Shown: positions 1 through 12,400 of the stretch, one piece after another | Layout of the letters: each line of letters starts with the position of its first letter | How positions within the stretch are numbered: the stretch's first letter is position 1 | NCBI RefSeq assembly: GCF_044704955.1 | Contig: NC_091985.1 | Coordinates: 64,356,001 to 64,420,000, forward strand | Origin: Pristiophorus japonicus | Taxonomy: Eukaryota | Direction of reading: 5' to 3' | Length of the DNA stretch: 64,000 bases | The notes under the pieces: model-generated | Databases searched by the model: none | Seen by the model: only the letters and a program-made list of their open reading frames with translations | Told to the model about the DNA's origin: nothing | Made by a program: the position numbers and the translations under genes

Positions 1-539
1 GGCATTAAAGATGGTGGGAATAGAAAGAGATTTGGGCATTCTAGTGCATGCATTCTTAAAGGTACATGAGCAATGCTGTGCAATGATAGCTAGAGTAAAT
101 AGGGTGTTGGGGTGTATCCATAGGACAACTGAGTATATGACGAGCCGTACTGTCTTGTCCTTGTACAAGACTTTGGTCAGGCCGTACTTGGAATACGGTG
201 TCCAGTTTTGGTCTCCTCACATGGTGGGTGATATTGAGGCTCTGGAAAGGGTGCAGAAAAGGGTCACTAGACTAATTCCACGTCTAAAGCATCTTAGTTA
301 TCAAGGTAGGCTAAAAGAGTTGGGACTCTATACCTTAGAGCAGCGCAGACTTAGAGGCGATCTGATTGAGGTTTATAAGATAATGATGGGTGTTGCAGCT
401 GACAGTTTATTTCAATTAAATTGGTTAGGCAGGGCCAGGGGTCACAAATTTAAGTTGTATAAGGCTAGATCTAGGTTAGATGTCAGGAGATGGTTCTTTT
501 CTCAGAGAATGGTAGATCTCTAGAACAAGCTGCTATTTC
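1..539 (+). mobile_element. CR1 LINE ORF2 3' portion (older family), left part
   Basis: Encodes [19 protein letters not shown]...[13 protein letters not shown]...FFSQR; continues at 3832 after a nested insertion. Confidence 0.9.
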
Positions 540-3500
540 CACGTGCTAGTCAGAGTAGGAATCGCAGGATAGCGCAGATGAATACGTGGCTTGAGCAGTG
601 GTGCAGCAGGGAGGGATTCAAATTCCTGGGGCATTGGAACCGGTTCTGGGGGAGGTGGGACCAGTACAAACCGGACGGTCTGCACCTGGGCAGGACCGGA
701 ACCAATGTCCTAGGGGGAGTGTTTGCTAGTGCTGTTGGGGAGGAGTTAAACTAATATGGCAGGGGGATGGGAACCAATGCAGGGAGACAGAGGGAAACAA
801 AAAGGAGGCAAAAGCAAAAGACAGAAAGGAGATGAGAAAAAGTGGAGGGCAGAGAAACCCAAGGCAAAGAACAAAAAGGGCCATTGTACAGCAAAATTCT
901 AAAAGGACAAAGGGTGCTAAAAAAACAAGCCAGAAGGCTTTGTGTCTTAATGCAAGGAGTATCCGCAATAAGGTGGATGAATTAACTGTGCAAATAGATG
1001 TTAACAAATATGATGTGATTGGGATTACGGAGACGTGGCTCCAGGATGATCAGGGCTGGGAATTCAACATCCAGGGGTATTCAACATTCAGGAAAGATAG
1101 AATAAAAGGAAAAGGAGGTGGGGTAGTATTGCTGGTTAAGGAGAAAATTAAGGCAATAGTTCGGAAGGACATTAGCTTGGATGATGTGGAATCTATATGG
1201 GTAGAGCTGCAGAACACCAAAGGGCAAAAAACGTTAGTGGGAGTTGTGTACAGACCTCCAAACAGTAGTAGTGATGTTGGGGAGGGCATCAAACAGGAAA
1301 TTAGGAGTGCATGCAATAAAGGTGCAGCAGTTATAATGCGTGACTTTAATATGCACATAGATTGGGTTAACCAAACTGGAAGCAATACGGTGGAGGAGGA
1401 TTTCCTGGAGTGCATAAGGGATGGTTTTTTAGACCAATATGTCGAGGAACCAACTAGGGAGGAGGCCATCTTAGACTGGGTGTTGTGTAATGAGAGAGGA
1501 TTAATTAGCAATCTCGTTGTGCGAGGCCCCTTGGGGAAGAGTGACCATAATATGGTGGAATTCTGCATTAGGATGGAGAATGAAACAGTTAATTCAGAGA
1601 CCATGGTCCAGAACTTAAAGAAGGGTAACTTTGAAGGGATGAGGCGTGAATTGGCTAGGATAGATTGGCGAATGATACTTAAGGGGTTGACTGTGGAAGG
1701 GCAATGGCAGACATTTAGAGACCGCATGGATGAACTACAACAATTGTACATTCCTGTCTGGCGCAAAAATAAAAAAGGGAAGGTGGCTCAACCGTGGCTA
1801 TCAAGGGAAATCAGGGATAGTATTAAAGCCAAGAAAGTGGCATACAAATTGGCCAGAAATAGCAGCGAACCCGGGGACTGGGAGAAATTTAGAACTCAGC
1901 AGAGGAGGACAAAGGGTTTGATTCGGGCAGGGAAAATGGAGTTCGAGAAGCAGCTTGCAGGGAACATTAAGACGGATTGCAAAAGTTTCTATAGATATGT
2001 AAAGAGAAAAAGCTTAGTAAAGACAAACGTAGGTCCCCTTCAGTCAGAATCAGGGGAAGTCATAACGGGGAACAAAGAAATGGTGGACCAATTGAACAAG
2101 TACTTTGGTTCGGTATTCACTAAGGAGGACACAAACAACCTTCCGGATATAAAAGGGGTCGGAGGGTCTAGTAAGGAGGAGGAACTGAGGGAAATCCTTA
2201 TTAATCGGGAAATTGTGTTGGGGAAATTGATGGGATTGAAGGCCGATAAATCCCCAGGGCCTGATGGACTGCATCCCAGAGTACTTAAGGAGGTGGCCTT
2301 GGAAATAGTGGATGCATTGACAGTCATTTTCCAACATTCCATTGACTCTGGATCAGTTCCTATGGAGTGGAGGGTAGCCAATGTAACCCCACTTTTTAAA
2401 AAAGGAGGGAGAGATAACAGGGAATTATAGACCGGTCAGCCTGACATCGGTAGTGGGTAAAATGATGGAATCAATTATTAAGGATGTCATCTCAGTGCAT
2501 TTGGAAAGAGGTGACATGATAGGTCCAAGTCAGCATGGATTTGTGAAAGGGAAATCATGCTTGACAAATCTTCTGGAATTTTCTGAGGATGTTTCCAGTA
2601 GAGTGGACAAGGGAGAACCAGTTGATGTGGTATATTTGGACTTTCAGAAGGCTTTCGACAAGGTCCCACACAAGAGATTAATGTGCAAAGTTAAAGCACA
2701 TGGGATTGGGGGTAGTGTGCTGACATGGATTGAGAACTGGTTGTCAGACAGGAAGCAAAGAGTAGGAGTAAATGGGGACTTTTCAGAATGGCAGGCAGTG
2801 ACTAGTGGGGTACCGCAAGGCTCTGTGCTGGGGCCCCAGCTGTTTACACTGTACATTAATGATTTAGACGAGGGGATTAAATGTAGTATCTCCAAATTTG
2901 CGGATGACACTAAGTTGGGTGGCAGTGTGAGCTGCGAGGAGGATGCTATGAGGCTGCAGAGCGACTTGGATAGGTTAGGTGAGTGGGCAAATGCATGGCA
3001 GATGAAGTATAATGTGGATAAATGTGAGGTTATCCACTTTGGTGGTAAAAACAGAGAGACAGACTATTATCTGAATGGTGACAGATTAGGAAAAGGGGAG
3101 GTGCAAAGAGACCTGGGTGTCATGGTACATCAGTCATTGAAGGTTGGCATGCAGGTACAGCAGGCGGTTTAGAAAGCAAATGGTATGTTGGCCTTCATAG
3201 CGAGGGGATTTGAGTACAGGGGCAGGGAGGTGTTGCTACAGTTGTACAGGGCCTTGGTGAGGCCACACCTGGAGTATTGTGTATAGTTTTGGTCTCCTAA
3301 CCTGAGGAAGGACATTCTTGCTATTGAGGGAGTGCAGCGAAGGTTCACCAGACTGATTCCCGGGATGGCGGGACTGACCTATCAAGAAAAACTGGATCAA
3401 CTGGGCTTGTATTCACTGGAGTTCAGAAGAATGAGAGGGGACCTCATAGAAACGTTTAAAATTCTGACGGGGTTAGATAGGTTAGATGCAGGAAGAATGT

Positions 3501-3831
3501 TCCCAATGTTGGGGAAGTCCAGAACCAGGGGACACACTCTAAGGATAAGGGGTAAGCCATTTAGGACCGAGATGCGGAGGAACTTCTTCACCCAGAGAGT
3601 GGTGAACCTGTGGAATTCTCTACCACAGAAAGTTGTTGAGGCCAATTCACTAAATATATTCAAAAAGGAGTTAGATGAGGTCCTTACTACTAGGGGGATC
3701 AAGGGGTATGGCGAGAAAGCAGGAATGGGGTACTGAAGTTGCATGTTCAGCCATGAACTCATTGAATGTGGTGCAGGCTGGAAGGGCCGAATGGCCTACT
3801 CCTGCACCTATTTTCTATGTTTCTATGTTTC
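540..3831 (+). mobile_element. Young CR1 LINE, 5'-truncated in ORF1: ORF1 esterase C-terminus, ORF2 (APE endonuclease + RT) and TTTCTATG tail; disabled
   Basis: ORF1 GFKFLGHW...DGLHL; ORF2 [44 protein letters not shown]; frameshift near 2412, stop codons near 3170 and 3284. Confidence 0.96.
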
Positions 3832-4167
3832 ATGTGGTGGATGCAAACTCGCTGAATTCCTTCAAGCAAAAGCTGGATTTGTTTCTGGTTGTGGCAGATA
3901 TTATCTCTTACAGAAGGTAGGTACTGCAGGGAATTCAAGGGCAGAGTTCGATCTCCTGGACTAGTTTTAATCGCCTAGATGGATCGGAGAGGAATTGCCC
4001 AGATTTTTTTCCCCAAATTGGCCTGGGTTTTTTGCCTCTCCCTGGAAATCACAGTTTCGGCTGGGGTGGAGTGTATATGTTGTGATACACAAGGTATCGT
4101 AATTGTGTGGAACAGGCTCGATGGACCAGATGGTCTTTACCTATCCGTCATTGTTCATATGTTCATA
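3832..4167 (+). mobile_element. CR1 LINE 3' end, continuation of the 1-539 element
   Basis: HVVDANSLNSFKQKLD resumes the interrupted ORF2 end; TGTTCATA-type tail. Confidence 0.75.
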
Positions 4168-4284
4168 CCCATTCAGTTTCTTATTTTCTAAGGTGTAGAT
4201 GATGTTTATATTTTTCCTACCAAAGTGCATTACCACTGTTAATTAATTACTGTTGGAGTTTAGTTACGGTTATGTAGGCAAATT

Positions 4285-4500
4285 CAGAAGCCAAATTGAG
4301 ATAGTTTACCAGCTAATCTGTTTTGGTGCTATTGGATGAAAGATAAATGTTGGCCAGGATACTGGGAGAACTCCCCTGCTCTTCTTCAAATAATGCCATG
4401 GGATGTTTTACACCCCCTTGAATAGGCAGATAGGACCTTGCCTTAATATCTCATCGGAAATATGACACCTCTAACAATAGAGATCACCTGTGGCACTGTA
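4285..4500 (-). mobile_element. Degenerate Deu-domain SINE fragment
   Basis: Reverse-complement similarity to the SINEs at 16975 and 20810 (ttgaagaagagcagggagttctc core). Confidence 0.6.
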
Positions 4501-5610
4501 TAGAACTGAGAGAGCAGACAAAACGCTATCTTTGATTGCTGCACCATCACAGGAGTTGTCATCAGGGCAGGAGACATGAACAGACATCTTAACACACAAT
4601 AGATTGTTTCACACCCCATCTACTTGAATAGTAAAACAGGCACATGAATAGCCTCCTTCCATGCTGTAAGATTCTAAGAATTGATTAATAACATGAATGC
4701 CTGCCAGGTGGTAAAGATCTTTTGTATTGTCATCAGCCTTGGAATCCCCAAAATAATTGTATATTGAGTATGAGTTTTCCTGTATCTTCACTTTCCTGTT
4801 TGCCTGCCCTTTCCATGTTGTGACAATGGAAAGGGCGCCAAGCATCTAAATTGTGATCATCAAATACTATTAAACTGCAAAGGTTTTGGACTCTGACTAT
4901 TTAGTTTTGTTGCAATTTAAGCAATGAGTAAAACTGTTGTACTGCAGGTTACGTGCTGTATTCCTGTATAATCATCTTCCTTGTAAGTCATTTGGACTAT
5001 TAGCTTTAGACTGGGCAATACAATCTGAAAGAGTGTGGTGTTTTCTGCGCCCTTCCCCCCCCCCTCCCCCTCTCATGGACAACCCACGTGCATCTCTAGC
5101 ACTCACCCTGTGATAAAAGAGGAAGCGTTAGTAATTCTTGCACCACACTGTCCCATTCACAACCCGTGTACATAGAGAATTTCCTCGGAACTCTGCTGCC
5201 GTAACTTAATCAGCCATAAGGTTGCAAGTTTCAGATCACAGGAGATACTGGTCTGTCTTTGGCAACCTCCATTTTGCTCTGAATCTGAGTAACTACTGAG
5301 AGGGGCTCTACTTCAAGTAATGCCAAGACAAGAACAAGGGAAACTGGGCTACACATTCGTAAAAAGTCAATTTAGTCTTGATGTCTGGAAGGATTTATTC
5401 CGACAGAGACATCAACATCTGGAATGCTCTGAGTCAGGTAGTAGAAGCACATACCTTAGTCAAGATACAGTTGGATATGATGATTGTAATTTGTTTTATA
5501 CTGGATAAGCTAAATAGAGATGAATGAGCTTCTGCCTTTAGGGTGACTCTGTGAAGCCTCCACTGACACCCTCCACTGGTTCTCTTCAAGCCTGCACCTG
5601 CACCCCCTCT

Positions 5611-6225
5611 CATCATCATCCTCGGCAGTCCCTCGAAATCAAGACTTGCTTCCACTCTAAAAGTGAGTTCTTTTGACTGAACAGTCCAATACGGGAATTA
5701 TAGTCTCTGTCACAGGTGGGACAGACAGTCATTAAAGGAAAGGAAAGGGTGGGTGGGGAGTCTGGTTTGCTGCACGCTCCTTCCGCTGCCGTGCGGAAGG
5801 AGGATGCTCTTCCTTCACTTAAGGCGGTCTTTGGCCAGGGACTCTCAGGTGTCAGTGGGGATGTTGCATTTTATCAAGGAAGCTTTGAGGGTGTCCTTGA
5901 AACGTTTCCTCTGTCCACCTGGGGTTTGCTTGCCGTGTAGGAGTTCTAAGTAGAGCGCTTGCTTTGGGAGTCCTGTGTCTGGCATGCAAACAATGTGGCC
6001 CGCCCAACGGAGCTGGTCGAATGTGGTCAGTGCTTCGATGCTGGGCATGTTGGCCCGATCGAGTACACTAACGTTGGTGCGTCTGTCCTCCTTGGGGATT
6101 TGCAGGATCTTGCGGAGACATTGTTGGTGGTATTTCTCCAGTGATTTGAGGTGTCCACTGTATATGGTCCACGTCTCTGAGCCATACAGGCGGGTATCAC
6201 TACAGCCCTGTAGATTTGGGAGCCT
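5611..6225 (-). mobile_element. RTE-clade LINE 3' fragment
   Basis: Encodes LYGSETWT...CLRKILQI...QLRWAGHIV.MPDTGLPKQALY.EL..GKQTPGGQRKRFKDTLK; (GAT)n tail. Confidence 0.88.
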
Positions 6226-6289
6226 GATCTTGGAACACTCTCTTCCTCGGGTCCTATGTGTAGCCCCCACCCACACCTTCCCCTCTCAG

Positions 6290-6396
6290 TGGAGACCCAC
6301 CCCGCCCACACCCTTTTCCTCTTGTCCAATCCGACAATACCCGCGCGACCTGGAAACAGTGCTGCTGACCCGGAAGTTGCCGGCGCATTGTCCAAG
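6290..6396 (+). promoter_or_regulatory. MRPS10 proximal promoter/5' UTR: GC box and ETS/GABP motif CCGGAAGT (6370-6377)
   Basis: CpG-rich patch with CCCGCCC near 6300 and CCGGAAGT just upstream of the ATG; GABP (NRF-2) sites are typical of nuclear-encoded mitochondrial genes. Confidence 0.6.
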
Positions 6397-6450
6397 ATGG
6401 TGCCGCGGAGTTTGTGTTGTGTCTTCAGGCGGCTGCTCCAGCAGCACCAG
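6397..6450 (+). CDS. MRPS10: MRPS10 coding exon 1 ([18 protein letters not shown], mitochondrial transit-peptide-like)
   Basis: AAGATGG Kozak context in a CpG-rich patch; CAG|GTAACG donor; Arg-rich N-terminus with no acidic residues. Confidence 0.85.
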
Positions 6451-9400
6451 GTAACGCTTCGCCGCTTTTACATATTGGACACAGACTCCCCATCACCGTT
6501 TAAATATTCTCGCCGCTTCCATGATGGCGCGTTACCCGGGCAACTGTCACTCATATGGCCTCACACAGCCTCCGAGCTGGAGACCGACCCCGAGACTGAG
6601 AGAGAGCAACATATTTCTCCTGCTCTCAATGTCCAAGTGAATTTGTGATGTGCAGTTTCATCGATATCGTCCTATAATGTGGAGCCCAAAACGGCACACA
6701 GTACTCCAACTGTGATCTTACTAAGGTTTCATATAGATTCACCATTACATCTCAATTTTTATATTTTATATCCCTCGTCATAAAAGACAATATTCCACTA
6801 GTTTGTTATGGTCTTATTCGCTTGGAGTGCTGTTTTTAATGTATTCAATATCTCTCGGCTGTCCCCCCCCCCCCCCCGTATAATTATTCCTTTTATGTTT
6901 TTTTAGCAAATGTACCATCTTACATTTACTGACATTGAATTCCATCTACCTTTTTGCCCATTTCCACTATCTTCTCAATATCCAAATTATTTACTATGCC
7001 TCTTTAGTATGATCTGCACTTTTAATCTAATCCAATTTGCTACCTACCCCCTAATTCCACACCCCTTAATCTTCTCCAATTGTCTCAGTGTAGGTGACCG
7101 CATACCTGATCACATTCTCCAGGAAAACCTTCAGCATCCCGCGGTCTCCTCATAGATCAAAAACTTTCTGAAAGTCCACGTACACCACATCCATTACATT
7201 TCCATCATCCATCATATTTGTCACCTCGTCATAGAACTCCATCAGATTTGTCAAACACAACCTTCCTTTATGAAGTACTTGTTAGCTGCTTCTAATTATT
7301 TTCTCCTCTTCATGAGAGATCAACACCTGGAGCACGTGTTAAAAATCGACCCCCTGAACCCCATGGGAGAACTCAATTCCCCAGACTGTGTAAAAGATCA
7401 ACCCCAGACCCCATGTGTGAGATCAGCCCCCAGAACACATGTGAAAGATCATCCCCTTCACTCCTCAGCTCTCAATATAGGGATGAGTAGTGGTGCTGAG
7501 CAATATCTTTCTCATTTTAAGTAGTGATTTTGGAACCTTGACAAACTGCTCAATCCCAAGCTTCCTTCCCCACATCCAATCTCTTACTAAGTTTGCTTTA
7601 ATCGACCTACAAAATACTGCTCCATCCCTACTTCTTCCTCCTTCTGCCAAAGCTCCACACCATTATCACCCAGTGACTTGACTTGTGCAATGTGCTTCTT
7701 GCTGGAATCCCAAACTGTATCCTGAGTAAAGTGCAAGTCATTCAGAACACAGAGCTTTCTCTTGCATGAAATGCTGCACTCCCGTCACCTCTATTCTTGC
7801 CAAGCTTGTCTGGTTCTTGTGACCTATCACATGCACTTAAAGATCCTTATATCCTCCTTTTGAAATCCCTCTTTGGCCTTGTCCCACACTACCAGAGCAA
7901 TCTTTCCCAGTGGGCACTCCCTTACTATACCAATGTCCTCCTTGCCCTCCACTCCCTTTCCTCCATCATCAGCGGTTGCCTCTTCAACCACTATAATCTT
8001 TCCCTTTGGAATTTCCTTCAGAAATCACTCCACCTTGCGACCTCCCTCATTGCTTTTAAAAGTCTCCTTAAAAACCCTGGCTTTTGACAATGTTGGTGGT
8101 CCCTGAAACTTTTCTTTCTGCTCAGTGTTCACTTTTTACTCTCTTCCTTTAACATTCTCAAAAATGTCTTTCTCCCTAGAAGTTACATGGTTTAAAAGGT
8201 GTTCAATTGGTTTTAACTTCATCTCTGTAGAGTGTCTTCATCAGGAGGAGGTAACATTCAGCTGTAGCTTAAGCAAAGTTCAATATGTTGGCTATGTGGG
8301 ATCGCCATGTTAGCTCAGTTTTCTTTTGAACGGTAAAGATATACATGTCTGAATAACTAAAAAATTCATACTGTTTGACTTTCAGGTTAATCGAGTGCCA
8401 CCTTTGAATTATGCCAGCAATAATATGATAACAGTATGCCTTTGGTAAGTTTAAAGATATTAGGTTCCCTCAGATTAAGATTATTCCTATCAATATTCTT
8501 TTCAAAAATAAGCAGAAACAAGGAATTTTTAGGGTACATTTCTACAACAACTAATATTGGTACAAAGTGTTATAGTGTAATTGCAGCCCAAATCTAGATT
8601 CAGAACTTGAACTGGAGGAGGGAGTCTCAATATGCTATGCACTAAAGATCCCCTCATACCTTCGCTAGCATCGAATTAGTAGTGTAAATACTGAAGGGGA
8701 TTCTGAAGGGGATTTACAGGGTAGATGCTGAGAGGTGGTTTCGCCCAGCTGCAATGTCTAGGGGGCACTGTCTTAGGATCAAGGGTAGGCCATTTAAGAC
8801 AGAAATGAAGAGGAATTTCTTCACTCAGAGGGTTGTGAATCTTTGGAATTCACTGCCCCAGAGGGCTGAGTCTCTGAATATATTCAAGGCTGAGATAGAT
8901 AGATTTTTGGGGTCTAGGGGAATCAAGGGATATGGGGATAGGGCAGGAAAGTGGAATTGAGGTCGATGATCAGCCAGGATCTTATTGAATGGCGGAGCAG
9001 GCTCAAGGGGCTAAATGGCCTACTCCTGCTCCTATTTTTTATGTTCTTATGTGATACGTTTTATAATAAAAGATGAAACTGAATACTGTGTAATGAGCAA
9101 GTGTGACCGTAGCTCCTTTTAATAAGACTCCAGAGTTCAGGCACCTCGTGGGTGGCCTGCTTATATACCGTGTTCCCAAGGGATGCTGGGATCCCTTGGG
9201 ACTCCAACAGGTAGACCCTCTGGTGGTGTAATACAGGTTGCAAGGGGTTAAATACATAACATCACTCCCCCGTAAAGTCAACAGTACACTTATTTACAAG
9301 CTGAGACGATCTGAGGCTTTACGCTCCCTTGTCGATCGTCTTGGTACAAATGTGGGTAATTCAAAGGTTGTGGGTGAGTTGGTTGGTTCTTCGCTGGGCT

Positions 9401-12400
9401 GCTGGGCAGCCGGCCTTGCCCGGCTGCTGGGGATGGTGAGTTCGGCTTTATGGTCACAGTGTGTTGGAGGGCCAAAGTTGGTGGTGTCCTCTTCGGGTTG
9501 TTCGTAGCTGTTGGTGAACCGCAATTTGATTTGGTCTAAATGTTTTCTGCGTGTTAGTCCATTGGCCAATTTGACCTGAAACACCCTACTCCCCTCTTTG
9601 GCTATGACCGTGCCAGTGAGCCATTTGGGACCATGTCCATAATTGAGTACAAACACAGGGTCCTTGACCTCAATATCGCGTGACAAATTTGCGCAGTCAT
9701 GGTACACACTTTGTTGATGCCGCTTGCCCTCCACGTGATCATGGAGATCAGGGTAGACAAGAAAGAGCCTTGTTTTGAGCGCCCTTTTCATGAGCAGCTC
9801 GGCTGGGGGTACCCTGGTAAGTGAATGTGGTCTGGTGTGGTAGCTGAGCAGCACTCGGGATAGTCGGGTCTGCAGGGAGCCTTCCGACACTCGTTTCAAG
9901 CTTTGCTTGATGGTCTGAACTGCTCGTTCTGCCTGGCCGTTGGATGCGGGCTTGAACGGTGCAGATATGACGTACTTGATCCCATTGCGAGTCATGAATT
10001 CCTTGAATTCAGCACTGGTGAAACACGGACCAAACATAGAAACATAGAAAATAGGTGCAGGAGTAGGCCATTCGGCCCTTCTAGTCTGCGCCGCCATTCA
10101 ATGAGTTCATGGCTGAACATGCAACTTCAGTATCCCATTCCTGCTTTCTCGCCATACCCCTTGATCCCCCTAGTAGTAAGGACTTCATCTAACTCCTTTT
10201 TGAATATATTTAGTGAATTGGCCTCAACAACTTTCTGTGGTAGAGAATTCCACAGGTTCACCACTCTCTGGGTGAAGAAGTTTCTCCTCATCTCAGTCCT
10301 AAATGGCTTACCCCTTATCCTTAGACTGTGACCCCTGGCTCTGGACTTCCCCAACATTGGGAACATTCTTCCTGCATCTAACCTGTCTGAACCCGTCAGA
10401 ATTTTAAACGTTTCTATGAGGTCCCCTCTCATTCTTCTGAACTCCAGTGAATACAAGCCCAGTTGATCCAGTCTTTCTTGATAGGTCAGTCCCGCCATCC
10501 CGGGAATCAGTCTGGTGAACCTTTGCTGCACTCCCTCAATAGCAAGAATGTCCTTCCTCAAGTTAGGAGACCAAAACTGTACACAATACTCCAGGTGTGG
10601 CCTCACCAAGGCCCTGTACAACTGTAGTAACACCTCCCTGCCCCTGTACTCAAATCCCCTCGCTATGAAGGCCAACATGCCATTTGCTTTCTTAACCGCC
10701 TGCTGTACCTGCATGCCAACCTTCAATGACTGATGTACCATGACACCCAGGTCTCATTGCACCTCCGCTTTTCCGAATCTGTCACCATTCAGATAATAGT
10801 CTGTCTCTCTGTTTTTACCACCAAAGTGAATAACCTCACATTTATTCACATTATACTTCATCTGCCATGCATTTTCCCACTCACCTAACCTATCCAAGTC
10901 ACTCTGCAGCCTCATAGCATCCTCCTCGCAGCTCACACTGCCACCCAACTTAGTGCCATCCGCAAATTTGGAGATACTACATTTAATCCCCTCGTCTAAA
11001 TCATTAATATACAGTGTAAACAGCTGGGGCCCCAGCACAGAACCTTGCGGTACCCCACTAGTCACTGCCTGCCATTCTGAAAAGTACCCATTTAATCCTA
11101 CTCTTTGCTTCCTGTTTGACAACCAGTTCTCAATCCATGTCAGCACACTACCCCCAATCCCATGTGCTTTAACTTTGCACATTAATCTCTTGTGTGGGAC
11201 CTTGTCGAAAGCCTTCTGAAAGTCCAAATATACCACATCAACTGGTTCTCCCTTGTCCACTCTACTGGAAACATCCTCAAAAAATTCCAGAAGATTTGTC
11301 AAGCATGATTTCCCTTTCACAAATCCATGCTGACTTGGACCTATCATGTCACCTCTTTCCAAATGTGCTGCTATGACATCCTTAATAATTGATTCCATCA
11401 TTTTACCCACTACTGAGGTCAGGCTGACCGGTCTATAATTCCCTGCTTTCTCTCTCCCTCCTTTTTTAAAAAGTGGGGTTACATTGGCTACCCTCCACTC
11501 GATAGGAACTGATCCAGAGTCAATGGAATGTTGGAAAATGACTGTCAATGCATCCGCTATTTCCAAGGCCACCTCCTTAAGTACTCTGGGATGCAGTCCA
11601 TCAGGCCCTGGGGATTTATCGGCCTTCAATCCCATCAATTTCCCGACTAATATGGATTTCCCTCAGTTCCTCCTCACTAGACCCTCTGACCCCTTTTATA
11701 TCCGGAAGGTTGTTTGTGTCCTCCTTAGTGAATACCGAACCAAAGTACTTGTTCAATTGGTCTGCCATTTGTTTGTTCCCCGTTATGACTTCCCCTGATT
11801 CTAACTGCAGGGGACCTATGTTTGTCTTTACTAACCTTTTTCTCTTTACATATCTATAGAAACTTTTGCAATCCGTCTTAATGTTCCCTGCAAGCTTGTT
11901 CGCGTACTCCATTTTCCCTGCCCTAATCAAACCCTTTGTTCTCCTCTGCTGAGTTCTAAATTTCTCCCAGTCCCCGGGTTCGCTGCTATTTCTGGCCAAT
12001 TTGTATGCCACTTCCTTGGCTTTATTACTATCCCTGATTTCCCTTGATAGCCACGGTTGAGCCACCTTCCCTTTTTTATTTTTACACCAGACAGGAATGT
12101 ACAATTGTTGTAGTTCATCCATGCGGTCTCTAAATGTCTGCCATTGCCCATCCACAGTCAACCCATTAAGTATCATTCGCCAATCTATCCTAGCCAATTC
12201 ACGCCTCATCCCTTCAAAGTTACCCTTCTTTAAGTTCTGGACCATGATCTCTGAATTAACTGTTCATTCTCCATCCTAATGCAGAATTCCACCATATTAT
12301 GGTCACTCTTCCCCAAGGGGCCTCGCACAACGAGATTGCTAATTAATCCTCTCTCATTACACAACACCCAATCTAAGATGGCATCCCCCCTAGTTGGTTC

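Noticed and set aside
1050-2910. Long ORFs antisense to CR1 ORF2 (also 12279-12797, 22656-23264, 40762-41370, 55726-56136)
   Set aside because: Shadow frames of the same repeat; they recur because the element recurs, and they carry no independent motifs
832-3736. Intact, active reverse-transcriptase gene
   Set aside because: Frameshift near 2412, in-frame stops near 3170 and 3284, and 5' truncation within ORF1
6256-6648. 130-aa ORF spanning MRPS10 exon 1 (similarly 60170-60400 over UTP25 exon 1 and 51197-51427 over RGG exon 2)
   Set aside because: Read-through into UTR and intron from non-ATG starts; only the exon portions are coding
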